DNA of 64,000 nt from the human T2T-CHM13v2.0 reference genome, Homo sapiens: NCBI RefSeq assembly GCF_009914755.1, contig NC_060936.1; one strand, written 5' to 3'. Below, one piece after another: positions 27,725 through 43,735 of the stretch. Position numbers and translations under genes: made by a program. Under the pieces are notes generated by a model. The model was not told the origin of the DNA, ran no database searches, and saw only the letters and a program-made list of their open reading frames with translations. Position 1 is the first letter of the stretch. Each line of letters begins with the position of its first letter.

Positions 27725-28033
27725 TAGGTGTGGTGGCTTTTGCTATATTCCCATCTACTGGGGAGACTGAGGTGGGAGGATCTTTTGAGGCAAGGAGTTT
27801 GAGACCAGCTTGGGCAATATAGTGAGACCCACATCTCTAAAACAATGCAAAAAAATTAGCCACGCGGTGGTGTGTGCCTACGGTCCTACTCCGGAGACTG
27901 AGGCAGGAGGATCCTTTGAGCCCAGGAGTTTAAGGCTGCAGTGAGCTATGATCATGCCACTGCACTCCAGCCTGGATGACAGGGCAAGATCCCATCTCTA
28001 AAAAACCCCCCAAAATAAATAAAATAATAAAAA
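27725..28033 (+). mobile_element. AluJ
   Basis: Diverged Alu with J diagnostics (ggaggatc...tgagcccaggagtt...ggctgcagtgagctatgat). Confidence 0.85.
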
Positions 28034-28054
28034 AGTATCTTGAACCCACACCTA

Positions 28055-28264
28055 AGGTTTTAAATACAAGGTTCCCACTTAAATTTTAATTTCAGAATGA
28101 GGAATTATTTTTTAGTGTAAGAAGGTGTATGCATTTTTTTAGTATAAGGAGGTATGTCCTCAATATTGCATAGGACATTCTTAAAGACCAAAAAGTTATT
28201 TGTTTACCTGAAATTCAAATTTAACTATGTATCTTGTATTTTTATTTGCTAAGTCTGGCAACTC
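28055..28264. mobile_element. MER53-like hAT MITE
   Basis: Internally palindromic (ttaaattttaatttcaga ... ctgaaattcaaatttaa) and ends ttgctaagtctggcaact. Confidence 0.7.
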
Positions 28265-28269
28265 CACCC

Positions 28270-29550
28270 ACATCCCCTTCTAGCCATCATGCTATCTGTT
28301 AAATCTTCTTCAGTTTCTTGTTCTTCAAAAGAGTTCTTTAAACATGATGCCTTTTTTTTTTTTTTCATGTACTGGACTTCCATCACCTTAATCCAATCTA
28401 GTTTTCATTTCACCACTGAAATGACTCTTATTAAAGGTATCAGTGATCATAGTGTTGCTAAATTTTATGAATACCTTCCATTCTTCATCCTACTTGATTT
28501 TATAGTAGCATTTGACACAATTTACCATTATCTGCTTGAAACCATCTTCTTTCTTCAGTGAATATACATATGTGCATATACATATATACATACATATACA
28601 CACATATATGTGTGTATATATACATATATAGTTCCCTCCTTCCAGCTTTCTGGCTGCTATGTATTTTCTGTGGCAAACTAGTTCCTTTCCATCCAACCTC
28701 TAATGTTGGGGCTCCTTTTTCTCCTCATTCTTAATACTCACACTATGTAATTTCATTCATTTCCATGGTTTCAAACGTTATTTTTGTGCCATAGAGTTTC
28801 ATAGTTATATATCTAACAAAGACCTTTTTTTCTGGCCTCCAGATATTTCTATTTGGATGTCTCACAGGTATGTCAAACAATGTGTTAAAAAGCAAATGGA
28901 TGGCAACTTTTAAAGTCTATTCTTCTTCCAGCTTTTTCCATTTAGTAAATGGAATCTTTGCCCACCCAGTAGCTCATGGCAGAAACTGGAATGCTTTCCT
29001 GACACTACCTCCTCCCTCTTGCATCCTACTGTCTCCTGACTTTCTCAAAACCATTGCTAAGACATTGATTCTACATCTAAAATATAGCTTATATCCATTC
29101 ACTTCGCTCCATCTGCCTACTTCCTCTCTAGTTCATTACTATTCCAGACTTTCCTGGATTACTTCAATTCTACCTCCTTGTTTCTCCCAAATTATTCTTT
29201 CTTCCCTCAAAAATCATACTGGATCCATAATGATCTTCCCCAAACACCAGTAGATCATTGGTGTTTTGTATGTTACCATTCTTATAGCATTCAAGTAAAA
29301 GTAAAATCCCTGTATTCAAAGATCTCACGTGATTTTGCCCCTATCTAACTCTCCAATGTGACTTCATGCCATTTCCTCCTTTTTTGAATATTTTCAGCTT
29401 ACTGGCCTTCTCTGGGTTCCTCTTATGCACCTATCAATTCTTTATTTGTGGGCCTTGATATATGTGCTCTCTACCAGAAAAACCTCATTCCTAGGCTTAC
29501 CAAGCTAAATTGCACTCATCTTTCTAGTTTCAGCTTCAATACCATTTCCA
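28270..29550. mobile_element. L2 fragments (with a TA/CA microsatellite at 28562-28630)
   Basis: Pyrimidine-rich L2 motifs (agcatttgacaca, ttggatgtctcacagg). Confidence 0.65.
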
Positions 29551-31829
29551 GGTACTCCTAGTATGCACGTGCATGTGTCTCTAACTCTACCTCGACTTAT
29601 AAATTTGCCATGCGTAGGAGGCTTCATTAATTACATGGGTCCGTGAGGCCAAGAAGAATCTCAGAGCACTTTCTAATTTCTTCTTCTCCCAATCTCCACC
29701 TGGAATTGAACAGTACAACTGAACTCTGCAAATATGGAATCTATTCTTTTCTGGAGAATTAAGTGCCATACCAAAACATCATATCTATAATACATCTAGT
29801 CCACCTGGAAGATGTTGAGGTCCCACTCAAATTAAGATAACAACAAAATCATTATTTTTTGTGCACCTACATTTAGCTGGTGATTTTTATCTATTTCTTC
29901 TAGTCCTCATAAAAAGCTTGAAAGGTAAGTTACTAGTGAAGACTAGAGAGAGAAACAGCCTCCATTTTAGAGAAGGATAAACTGGGACTCAGTATGGTTA
30001 AGTAATGAGCTCAAGACCTAGGAACTCATTGAGAACTGAGTTGAATTGAATTCAGGTTCATCTGACTCAAATGTCTGCCTTTTCTACCTCTCGTGAGCCA
30101 ATAGCAATGGACTGTTGCTTTCCATAGTCTAAAGCTGGCTCTTTCCTGATGCTATTATAAACTCAAAGTCCTCTGTGCAGCATCAGGGGTTTCTGTGGAG
30201 TAAAAGGTTAATGATATAGAATAAATTGTATCTGAAATACATAAAACCATTGTATGAGGGGGGCTTTGCATCTAATTCTGACTGAGGACCATGAGCAGGG
30301 TTTGCCTATGGGAGTTATTGGGGCCCTGCTGACTTAGCCACAGGAACCAAGGCACTAAACCAGTTGACAAGTAGAGTGTGGGCCTGGCTAAGGGTGAATT
30401 ATGGCAGTAGGCCACTTATTTTCCCCTCTGAATCTGAAAATCTCTAAACCCAAATCCCATATGAAGTTGGACCCGAGGCATAGATCTGAATTTGAGGAAG
30501 CGTATCTCTTAGATAATAGGTATGAGCCCATGAAATGCAGTTGGAATACTTTTCCAGATGCATAAATATTTTCTTCAAGTTTACTGCAACTGCAAATTCC
30601 TGTTTCAAGAGTGACTCAGTCATTCATGCCGACATAACTGTCAGTGGCCTCAAAAATCATAGATATTTAAATGAGCCTTTTAGGAGATCTCATTTTTAAT
30701 TTAAGAGAATCTTGATGGAAATTAAACAGCTACATTCTTTGCCCCTTTCCCGAATTTTGAGGAGAAGGAACTTGTAGGGACAAGAAGATATACCACTTGA
30801 CCTCTTGATTCTGCCCAATTATCCCTTTTTTTTCTTAAATATTTTGCTTCGGATCTTTCAATCGCCTGCATGTCCATAACTAAGATGTCATTTTTTACTG
30901 AATTCTGTTTTGCTATTTTTATGAAAAGGTTTAAGTTCGAATTCATGAGTGTGAGGAAATTGATCTTGTTGCTAATGGGATAGAGTCGAAATAAGCAGTC
31001 TGACTGACTTCTTCATTCCCTTATATTAGCATTGCTACTTTTAGATAAACTATTCCTGAAATGATTAGTGTAGGAGGATGAGTTTAGTCTTGTATCTTCT
31101 CCTTTAAAGCACTCAGAGTTAGAGATCCCAGAAGGATCAGTTTTCTCACTTGTACTGAAAATGTCACTCTAACAGTTATCTGTCTGCACAGTCAAGTTTT
31201 GAGAAATCTTTTGAATTTACCGCATTCACACCATTCTCCATTATGGTGCTAAAAATGACTAATGCAGCTTGGAGACTGGAAGACTGTGATAGCTGATCTT
31301 CTTTTCCAATCGGGTATACTAACACTCTCACACACTCACATGCACACATGCTCAGCTGACATGAATCCTTAAAGGTTGAAAATATCCTATATACTAAATG
31401 AAATGCTGAAGGATGTAGGGTGCCTAAATGTATAATTATAGTGTTAGTTTCATTATGGTCACTTCTGTCAAAAAAATTTGTCTGATTGTTTGAGTGGCCT
31501 GATCTTGTTTTTGGCCAAATGAACCATTATAACGTATGACAATGTTATATTTAAAAATAATCTCTGGCATAGAAAATTTTCAAATATCTTATTTAGTTTT
31601 ATTCTCTCATCCTGTCTGAGAAAAGTGAAGTACAATTTCCTTTTTTTATTAAGAAAAACCAGTTTTAGAGGGATACTGACCTACCCAAAGCCATGCTTAT
31701 GGTCACTCTCTTTTAGGGCCTTTATTTATTATACCAGTATAGGATTACTATAACCAAATAATCTAAATGAACCTCATTTCTTTCATTGAGGAATACTATT
31801 CTGATGGCTAAAGGGATTGTCACAAAGAG

Positions 31830-32830
31830 ACTTATCCTATTTCCAGAAAAACATGTGAAAAGTCTCCTGTGATGTCATTTAGTGAATGATGGAGAAGTAT
31901 GTGGGCTGAATGATAGTAATTAGGTGAATTGGGAACTGATTATATCCAAAAGGAGAGGATTAATGTGTTGTCATTAACTTGCAATGAGGTCTAGGAATTT
32001 TCTGTAAGACTCTTTTTTGGTCCTGTCCAATTCAAAAATTTTATCAATTACCTGGAAGAAGTCTAGGAACTTGCTTACCAAATTTGCAGATGACACAAAG
32101 CAAGTAAAGAAGTAAAGATTAGTAATTCCCTGGATGACACAGATCAATTTTCAAAAATGTCTATTACTTAGGATGATGGGTTGACATTTATTAAAGATAA
32201 AAATAAAGTGCTGCATCTAATTAGAAAAAAGAACTGTGAGGAGTAGAACTGAGCTGAAAGCAACTCCTGAAAATTAAAAAAAGTTTCAAATTTTAATTGA
32301 CCATAAGCAGGATGCAACTGTGAGAAAGTCAGCAAAATCTCTGTTGGCATTCAGAGAGAGAGAGAGTCCAGGTTGATAAAAGTAACATACTTGTCCTGAT
32401 TGTACCCATTTTGTACCCATATTATGTTTGATTTTGGAAGCCATATTTTAAGAAAGATACTGACGAGTTGCTGTTTGTTTAATGGATGGAGGCGCTTTGA
32501 TAGAGAAAAATCAAGGAATCATGCAATATGAAAAGACTGGGATAGTTTGTCTATAAAATAGAAGGGGTCATGACTGCCATCTTTACTGAACACTTACTAT
32601 GCATATTAATTGCTTAATCTTCAGAACAACGTAATATATTATTTATTATCATTACTGAAATAGAAACTGAGAACACATAGCTAGACTACCTAGATTCAAA
32701 TTCAGGTGGTCTGACTCCAGAACCTATTCTCTTAACCCCTATACCATATTATTTCTCCAAGTATTTATCAAATGTTTGAAGAGCTGCTATTTGAATGGAG
32801 AACTGGACTTACTCTGTAGAACATAGTGAT
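31830..32830 (+). mobile_element. CR1/L3 LINE fossil, interrupted by a MIR near 32585-32750
   Basis: aaatttgcagatgacacaaag at 32080-32100 encodes KFADDTK, the CR1 reverse-transcriptase motif, and the flanks are CR1-like. Confidence 0.75.
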
Positions 32831-33565
32831 CAATAGATGGGCACACTCAGGTTATATCTCAAAGTAGAGAATTTTTCTGGGCACTAGATTATGCTACTAC
32901 ATCTTCTATTTTTGGTACTATGTTAGACTAGTTGAGGTCTAAGGCAACATTCAACTCTATGATTGTGATTTATTGGGATTATAATTTGATATAACACAAT
33001 ATTATTATAAACCAGAAAGAATACACTTAAAATAAGATGTAGCTTAAATTGATGAGTGGTAATTTAAATGGTGTTCTCTTGAGCACAGTTTAGAAAGTGC
33101 CCCACCCCACAACCCATCTTGCTAAGATGTCCTCACCATGTGTCCTTGGTAAATTTCCTTTCATGGGCACCAAATTGTGCCAGAATTATATAAACTTTTG
33201 TTTCTCTACCTTTGTACTGTATCTAGAATATTATCAATATTATACAGACCTCTATCCAAGGAGGTTATATTGCAAAAGTAACAAATGTCTTTAAACACCC
33301 TTACATCTGTGGATTTCTACAAGTTGCTTGTATATTGAAATCAATGTTGGAACTGGTTTCAGAATGCTGAGAGGATTAGATCTCTGTCAGCTACCAGTTG
33401 TGATGACTAGAGAACTTGACTTTATTTTTTCTGCCCTAATCGTTACATTTAAAAAATTAGAATAATAATGTAAGGTTGTTGTAATAAATGCAATAATGCA
33501 TGTAAAAGCTCCTACTATACTATATAGATTCCCAATAAAAATTTAGATTTTCAGTGAAATGCTTT

Positions 33566-34620
<1,055 letters not shown>

Positions 34621-36214
34621 TTAAGCCTGCATATGAAACATTTAGATTTACATAAAAGATAAACTGGTAGTAATATTTGACTTTGCAGTTCTTCATGTAT
34701 ATGTCAAATGTGATTTGATTCTAGAAATTTTGTTTTAGTAAATTTTTGGAAATATCTTCACTGAGTAATGTAAAGAAAGGAAACATGTTCAACACTGAAA
34801 ATGTTTCAGGTGTGAATATAGGTAAGACTTCTCAAGGTTATCTTACAAAACCTTAATGCCAGTGCTTTGTCTCTAGCTTATGTATGAAGAATCTGAGCAC
34901 TAGAGAAGTCAGCAACTTGCTGCCGTTCACACAGTTAGCTAACACAGTTTGAATTTGAGTTCTTTGAGAACTGGATCATATCTCACACAATTCCAGGTAG
35001 CACACGGCCTGGTACACAGTAAATATTCAACACACACTTCAGCTTAATTTTCTCAGATAAGTAAGGAAAGGGCAGAGTTTGACCTTGTCAGTCGTCAGTC
35101 AAGGATTAGTAGGTTTCTTCCCAAGAACTCTGCTGCTCTATCTATCATTGGCTTTTTCACTTTTAATTTCATTGCTTCCTTGTACCCCTGGAAATTTCCT
35201 GAGGGCTTGCAAGTGTTTATTTTGCTTGCCATGGTATCACCAGTGCCCAGTATGGTGCCTGGAATAGAATGGGTCCTTGATAAATATTTTTCGAATGGAG
35301 GTTTAGTGTTAAAAGGAGTGTCTCATTCATAGAAGTTGATTTTTTTCCATAGTTTGAAAGCAGGTAAATTAAATTTGTCTGTTACAAGAGAATAGAAAAC
35401 ACTTTCTTTACATCATTTTTAGTGCACAACAATAAGTATTTTTGAAAGTAGAGAATACACTTGTGATCATTTCCATAAAATAAGCAAAAGTACATTAAAA
35501 TTAAAGATATATCGACATTTTAGAACAAAATTTCAAAAGTCCAGATTTAAAATACAGCCAAAGTCATATCACTGTGATGACTTATCATTATTGTCATCCT
35601 GTCTGGCTGTTGTTTTTACCAACACGTGCAACCAAAGAATAGTTCTTTAAAATTTGCTTTAGTCTAATATTTGCTTTAGTAGGTACTTTAATATTTCAAA
35701 CAATATTTGAATTTTTCAGATTAGTTGTTTCTCCTGACCAAAATCTCTACTGGGAAAATTTTAAAATATCATTTATTATTCAATTCACAATTTCTCTTGG
35801 ATTGCATAGACAAGAATTGTGGCAAATCATGAGAAAAAAAGATCATTCAGGTACCCTATCCCCTATATTTACACAGGTCTTACTTTTTCTGAGGACTGTC
35901 TATGCCAGCTGTGAGGCATTATTGCATATGGTCTCACTGAAAGATCTAATAAGAATATAATGACCAGTTTGTTTTAAAATACACTAAGGACAGCATGACA
36001 TTCTGTAATTACCTCCTCCTATCAAAAGAAAAACAATTCCCAGAAATTAATGAATACAGCAAGAGTGTATTTCCTATCTTAATTCTATCTTAATTGCAAA
36101 AGTGGATCAATTAAAAAAAGACTGCACTGACAAAGCCCCTTTCTTAAGATTTGGTCTCCCCATTCCCTAGTCATCAACTCAATGTATATAAGCATGCCAC
36201 GAACCTATTTTTAC

Positions 36215-36346
36215 CTTCTGAGATGAGATATACCAACTTCACCAGCAGTGCCCCTGTGAAACAGCCAAATCCATTGAACAGTGTCAGAAAATTCATGGAG
36301 GTTCCTCTGACATTGCTTGGAACAAATCTGTATGATATTACAGAGA
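36215..36346 (-). CDS. SLC15A5: SLC15A5 coding exon (probably exon 7), 132 nt; (L)SVISYRFVPSNVRGTSMNFLTLFNGFGCFTGALLVKLVYLISE(G)
   Basis: Acceptor tttttctctcag|TC and donor GAA G|gtaaaa, phase 1 to 1, open frame. Resembles the POT 'Y..aP..mr' loop plus TM11. Not present in the supplied ORF track. Confidence 0.93.
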
Positions 36347-37726
36347 CTGAGAGAAAAAGAGAGGTCAGAATTTAGAACTTTCTCCTGAAAATGCTTTCAT
36401 AGAGACTGTTCAAATTGATGTTGATCATGTATCAAAGAAAATTTACTGATACAATAAAAATTTGGGTTGGACTTTGTTAAGGTTACTATAGTAAGATATA
36501 CTGTGTTACAATTTACAGATGTCTTCAAGGAATAAAATATGACAAAAATATACCTTGACCCAGCTACAATGAGAATTTGATTACTTAGTAGTTGAGTGTC
36601 CTGATGTATTCACCCTAATTTCACTCCAAATTGAATATTTCTGATAAATTTTGGATAGAGGTGTGGCCTCTATTAGATAATATCATGACAATCTATCAAT
36701 TTTGTGATTCTGTGTAATTCATTAAGTTCCTTATAGAAAACTTGTATTATATAAAATTTGCATCAAGGTTAAGAGCATGGGCTCTGGAGTTAGACAAGAT
36801 AGTATTAAAATACCATGTCAGCCATCTACTATTTCTGTGATTTTAGGTAGGTGACTTAAACTTTCCAGCCTCAATGTCCTCCTCTATGAAATGGGAATAA
36901 TATCGTTATTCACTTGCAGAGGTGCTGGGACACTTACCTGCAATACTACATGTAAAGTGCTTAGTACAATGCTGACTCGTAGGTCCTGGGTCCTGAATAA
37001 GGGTTAGGTATTTTTGACAGTATTAATCTTATCAAATTGAGTAGTTCCTACTTGTGCAGGCACTGTACAAAGCCCTTAATATGCATTATCTCATTTCAGG
37101 AGAGGTGCTGAGAGAGAGAGAGACAATAGCTTAAGCATTGGTTCTCCAAAGTGGTTATCTTTCCTTCCCAAGTCATTTTTTGGGTGCCGGTAATGATAGT
37201 AACAAGAGGTTAAAAAAACCACGAAAAAAATTTTTTTAAATTTTCAATTAAAAATAACTTTCTTTTGGAATCAGAAATAGATGAAAATAAGTATATGAGA
37301 TTTTGTACGTGCCATATAAACATAATATTTTAAAATGCATGACAATCTTAGCGATATGTGTTAAAATATTTGATGTTTATTATAATATGATATTTGGGAT
37401 TGCTTCAAAATTATACAACCAGAAGGAAAAAAGATGTGAATGAGAGTAGAAATGAAACAAGTTTTGGCTATGAGTTGAAAATTATTGATGCTAGAAGATG
37501 GATACAGGGGAGTTTATTATACTAATCTCTATTATATATGTGTGCCAAAAAAATTGTAAGGAAATACACTAAATAATATTAACAGTCTTAGCTTTGAGTG
37601 GTTGAATTACTGGATTTCTAATATTCCTCTTACTCTTTTGTGCTTTGCGAATCTTTCCACAATGAAATCATAAGTAAATATTACAGCTCATTTTAAAAAG
37701 AAAAGTGATGATAGAAAACAGATGTG

Positions 37727-38072
37727 CAGTCATGCGTGGCTTAATGAGGGAGATATGTCCAGAGAAATGTGTCATTAGGTGATTTTGCCATTGTGCAAAC
37801 ATGATCGAGTATACGTACACAAACCTATATGGTCTAGCCTACTACACACCTAGGCTATATGGGTAGCCCATCACTCCTAGGCAACGAATCTGTACAGCGT
37901 GTGACTGTACTGAATACTGTTGGCAATTAGAGCACAGTGCTAAGTATTTGTGAAGCTGAACATATCTAAACACAGAAATAGTATAGTAAAATATGATACT
38001 ATAATCTTATGAAACTGCCGTCATATACGTGATCCATCATTGATCAAAATGTTGTTACGTGTTGCATGACTG
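37727..38072. mobile_element. Tigger3a/MER7A (TcMar-Tigger)
   Basis: Terminal inverted repeats cagtcatgc...gcatgactg followed by TA; internal tagcctactacacacctaggctatatgg. Confidence 0.85.
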
Positions 38073-39834
38073 TACTGTAAACACTAAACATTTAGTTTCC
38101 TTCTCTATGAGAAGTAAGAGATCTTATTATCTCTTCCTGCTCCTCTCGGGAATATTTACCCCTGGTTTTTTGTTTGCTTGTTTGTTTGTTTTTAATACTT
38201 TGCTGCAGCAAAACTCTGCATTTACCAGAACTTTTCCATGATCTTACTAACACATGATGTAAATGTATTAATGCTCCTTCCTTAATTTAAAATTTCTGTT
38301 TTACTTTCGGTGTGTCCTGCACATGTCTTGATTTATTTATCCCATAAAGATTTAAAGGAATCCCATTTTGCACTTCAGGAAAGTGCTCAGTGCTGGAACT
38401 GAGAGGTGGGAAAAGGCATCAGTTTATCTTTCCTGGACTTTAAACTCTGGAGCAGAAACAGCACATTATTTAATACAAAGGGCAGTGCTAAATGTGCACT
38501 TTTCCCACAAACGCTGATTGGAGATGAAGATAATAATGGTGATAGGTAAAATACTGTGGAGAAGGGCTTCAAATATTGGTGGCACGGTAGCACAGCTCTT
38601 TGTGTAGTACCAATCACCAGCAGGAACCTTGGAGTATTTTCAGAAAGGTCCAAATGGGAATATGAGAGGAAGCCTGAATAGGCTTTGGGAATAAATGATT
38701 CACAGTTATAAAAAGGATTTGGCTTATAAACTTTCCTTTCCATAAGTACAAGGAGACAAGCAATGAGCAGAAAGAGTAAGTAGGCCTATTTCTTTCACTA
38801 AGAAAAAGCAGAACATACAAGCCCATTATTACTCTGCTAGTTAATTATTAATCCTATGCTTTTCTCCTGCTAGAACTTCTGGTACGGTATATAATTCATG
38901 AACACACTTTGCCAGCTCTCTGCCTGCTGGTTAATCTCTCTTTGGTGTCATTTTAGTCGTTTTTGAAAACCTCCAGTTCCCTTTTATAGGACTTAGCTTT
39001 TCAAGTCCTCGAATCTTCATTTTTAGGCATCTACTTGCATGTTCTGATCTTTTGAAACTTTAGTGATCATCAATTTGATTTTTTTTAGGCTCCGAGATAT
39101 TTCTTTTAGCCCATTACAATGTAGATAATATCAATAAGTCTGTCACTATTGTAAAGTTCCCGTTTTTCTATGAAGACACAATAAAAAATATTCAGTGTGT
39201 ACGTGAAAGCTGGTCTTCTTGCCAATGAGCGCTAAAAATGTGCCTCCAGGTAGTAGCTGGTTAGTGCTTGTAAAGATGCCACATCACAGCATATGAGGAA
39301 TCTTCAAAATATAGGGCCATAACCACCTTCCTAAGGCACCTGGTACTGGGGACTTATTGCTGGAAATATTTTTTACTCTCGTTGTTCTTAAACAGTTAAA
39401 ATGTGTGTATTGTGTTTGGTGAAAAGTTATTTTGAACATGTGGAGAAGAAGTACCACAGTCCCAGAAAATGGAACTTTATCCTGTTGCCATTTTTAGACC
39501 ATTATATCTCCCTTAACCCTAAAAAAGCTTCAGCTTTGAAGCTCATGTTATCAGACTATATCATCTACTTCCCTTTCATGCTGTCATCTGCCAATCTATA
39601 GGACATTTTCCTCTTTTTCTCAGAGTTGTCAGTTCCTCTCTCATTGTCACACTCTCTGGTACTACTTCTGCCTTAATACTTGGCAATTTTACTATACATG
39701 TAGATCATCCTTCCCACCTTCCATCCTTTCAATCTTGGTTGTCCAGTTCCTTGACCTCCAATGTCTGATCTCCAATCTACCTCAGCTTCCACTCCACTCA
39801 CACCCAAGGTCATGGCCTATGCCTTGTACCTCAG

Positions 39835-40000
39835 ACCAGTGGTTGGCCAGCTATGGTCAGGTAATATTCAGTTTGCCACCTATTTTAATAAAGTTTTATA
39901 GGAACACAGCCACGCTCATTTATTATATGTTGTCTATGGCTGCATTCATACCACAATGACATAGTTGAGTAATTGTAACAGAGACTGGCCTGCAAAACCA
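39835..40000. mobile_element. MER58A-like (hAT-Charlie) fragment
   Basis: aataaagttttat.ggaacacagccacgctcatt...tgtctatggctgc...acagagac...gcctgcaaa. Confidence 0.75.
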
Positions 40001-40479
40001 TGTCTTGGATCAATAACTGTACCCACTCCATAATCACAATTTTGTGCACCCTTCTCTGATTAGAGCCTTCTATCTTCCCAACTTACTCTCCACTACTCAA
40101 CCACAGAGATGCTATAAGCTATAATGGCAGAAATTTTTGTCTTATTTTTTTTAACTGATGTGTCTAAAACTTCGAGAGCAGTATTAGGCACACTGTAGAC
40201 ACCCACACAGTATTTTTTGAATAAACAAACATAGGGTATGAGACAGCTGAGGTGTACGCTGCTACAATTAAAACATAATTTGAAAAGTTTCCTACTGCTT
40301 TTTTTTTTCTAGCTCATCTCCAATGTATAACATGTCTTAGTAGGGTAGGCTATGTCTACTGTCATTTATGGAGTGATTCACTGTGTTTCCTTGCTCAATG
40401 CCATCAATGTAGGACACTGTCAAAAGTTTGAATAATACATTTTTATTGTACCATATAGAAATAGCCGTAGACTTCATTC

Positions 40480-41240
40480 ATTTGTTTCTTCAATCAAAAT
40501 GTATTTATTGATCACCTATTTTGTATATGTACTTTTCGGAAAGGAGAAACATACCTTGATGTCAGGAATGTATATTCTTACAGTGAGAGGCAGGCAATAC
40601 AAATATAAATAAAGTAATTTCAGATTCTGACAAGTGCTATTTAAAAAACCAGGGTAATTAAGTGGAAAGTGATGGAATGCTCAAGGAAGCCCCTCCAAAG
40701 AGAAGACCTTTGAGAAAGCTCAATAATGAGAAGCCAGTCATTTGAAAACAGAGGAAAGGGAATTCTGAATAAAGGATAAAGCAAGTACAAAGGACTTGGG
40801 GTAGACAGAAATCTAGCATCTTAGAAACACACACATTTCTGGGGATGTGGTCAAGGGGCAGATTGTAACCAAATGTAGGTGGAACAACACGTGGAGACCA
40901 AATCATGTGGAACATTATTCACCATTGTGAATAATTTATCTCTAAAACTCTACTGTGGAATTTCAATCAGGGGAATGATAGAACTTATGTTTTGAGAAGA
41001 ACACCACAACTGTTTTGAAGAGAATGGACTCATGGGGCAGGAGAGGAAGCAGGGAGAAAAGTTCAGAGGCTCTGGTCGAATTGGGGCTGGAGATGATGGT
41101 GTTGTACACCAGGAGAACAAAGGGGATAGTGAGATGTGGCCAGATTTAAGTTATATTTCAGAGTAAAAATGAGGACTTGCTGTTGGATTGGAGGGGAGAG
41201 GTGAGAGGAAAGAGATGGATCTAGGATGAATCAAGTGAGA
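40480..41240. mobile_element. L2 fragment
   Basis: An L2 tail (ttcattca...atttattga) followed by a purine-rich L2 body. Confidence 0.7.
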
Positions 41241-41370
41241 GACAGTTCTGCTTATGCTTCCAGGTCTCCCAGCTGTTCAGGTGGTTTATGGCAGAAAGAG
41301 CTGGGAACAGGACACCTGTGCTTCTGTTCTGAGTCTGACACTATTAATTCATGTGAAACATGATAATAAT

Positions 41371-41420
41371 ATTAGGTTGGTGAAAAAGTAATTGTGGTTT
41401 TTGCCATTACTTTTAGTAAT
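41371..41420. mobile_element. MADE1 (Hsmar1-derived MITE), half element
   Basis: attaggttggtg.aaaagtaattg.ggtttttgccattactttta matches the Hsmar1/MADE1 terminal inverted repeat. Confidence 0.8.
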
Positions 41421-42477
41421 GATAACAACACATTATAACTGCTAATTATTGAATGCTGTCTATATACGGGGCACTGCGGTTTTTGCTTTACATAAAATCT
41501 TCCACTTAGTCCTTTGAACAACTCCCTGTTTTATAGATGATGAGAAAAGCCCAGAAATGAGGAATAATTTTCCCAACGTCACAGAGTTAGTCAGTGACAG
41601 AACTGGGTTTGAATTCAGATCTGTCTGACTTTAAGACCATAGAGCCTAACCTCTGTGCTGTACTGTCTCCCAGAAAGGTAATACTTGATTTTATAGTTTG
41701 AAATACCCTTTCATATGTTATGTCATTTGATTTTCAAGGAGTAGTCTCTCATTCCCATTGATGCTTACCCTATCAATGCTGTGATATAAAGAAGAATACA
41801 ATTATTTCTATTTTAAATATCAGAAAAGTGAGGATTGGAGGTTAAATGAGTTCCCAAATTTATGTAGGTAGTAATGGAAAAGCTAGATATCAGACCAAAT
41901 TCTTTCAGTCCCTGGTCCATTATCCCAATAGCAGATGAGTCAAGTGACTTAGACCTCAGTTAGGCCTGATTTCCTGGAGTAAATCAGGGAGTGGTGGAGT
42001 AAGTGATGTGTAGCACATGATCTGCCTTTTTCACAGTCATTGGTTTTCTGTACCTCTCTGGCTTCTGAATGTTGAACCACTATTGCTAAGCTGGCTAGCA
42101 ATTTCCTCCACATATTCACTCATTACTTTTACTCATTATTTACTCTATACCAGCCCAGAAAATTTTGGCTGACTACTTCCAACACATTTTTGGGAATAAC
42201 ATCAGAGAAGATCACAAATATTTGTGTAGTAGCATTGCTTTACACTTCTTTTGTCTTCCTTGCAGTGTTAAACAGTGAGGTCCCCAGTTTAAAATCTCAT
42301 AAAGTAATTTATGTATGCAAAATATATGGGATGAAATGATATACAATTATAAAAAAAGAAGTCTGAGACACACATATATATGCATATACTCCAACTTAAT
42401 TTTATTTTCATTATTTAATGAATTGCCTTGGTATCATAAGTATGTGTGTGTATAAATACATATTTATTAAATATTTA

Positions 42478-42731
42478 TTTTAAGGAGTTTGGAAACAACT
42501 TTTAAGATAATAGAATCATTGAAGATTGTAGACACAGATGGAATGGTTAGAATTGTTATTTAGGATGATTACTCTAAAATCCATGTGCCAGTTGATAGAA
42601 TGGGAGAGATAATGGAGGTCGGAAGATAGTTAGAAGTTATAAAAATATTATCCATAAAGTATAATGGGAGCTTGAGTTACAATCAGGACTCCTACTACAC
42701 GAAAATTTAAGGAGGATAGAAACATAAGATG
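42478..42731 (+). repeat. Local direct duplication of an L2-derived segment (partner 47018-47280)
   Basis: Both copies share aagataatagaatcattgaagatt, gttatttaggatgattactctaaa, agttacaatcagg and tagaaacataa. Confidence 0.85.
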
Positions 42732-43041
42732 TAATCAATTACAGAGATAAATAGATGTACACACACATTACTGTATTGCAAGAAGCCACTGAAATATTGT
42801 GATAAATTGTAAAGTGGCTAGTTTAATTAATATAAGCAATCTAGATAATTCAGAAACCCTTGATATTTAATAAACTTATTTTGAACCTGTCTTATGAAAC
42901 ATTAGTGATCTCATTTAATCTAGTGTAATTTAATTCAAAGACATCAAGTTATCTGGAAAATTGGCTTAAATTTTCATTTCATTTGCATGTTTATATACTC
43001 TCAAAGAACATTAAGTGTCATTTTTGGAGGAGTATAAATGA

Positions 43042-43338
<297 letters not shown>

Positions 43339-43735
43339 GTGAGTTTATCTATGAGTGAGAGTCGGGGAGGTGAGAGGAGGGAAGGGAGAAGAGAAGAGGC
43401 TTTACATCTTAGTGTTCTGGAGTTGTCTTCTGGGTTTTAGCAGAGGTTTTCCTCCTGTGGTGTGTCTGACAAAATGGTTATTGCCTTTAACCAGATTAAA
43501 AATCTTTTGTTCCATCTGCATCCAGGCAGAATTGATAATTGTTCTGTGCATGGCAGAGGAATGAGGAGAAATGAAATGTTTGTAAAAAAGTAATAAATAA
43601 ATTTGCTGGAAGTATTGTGGGAACTCTCTAGGAGGTGAATAGATGACATACCACTTTAATTGTTCTGGTTGAGGTGATGTGTTCTGTGTAAAGGTTCAGT
43701 ATGTTCTAACATTAGTTGAAAAGGTGTTTACTCAC

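Noticed and set aside
30722-30946. ORF beginning MNSNLNL, identical to a heptapeptide in the 59004-59190 exon; a possible duplicated exon
   Set aside because: The codons differ (atg aat tcg aac tta aac ctt versus atg aat tcc aac ctg aat ttg) and similarity stops on both sides. Best explained as coincidence.
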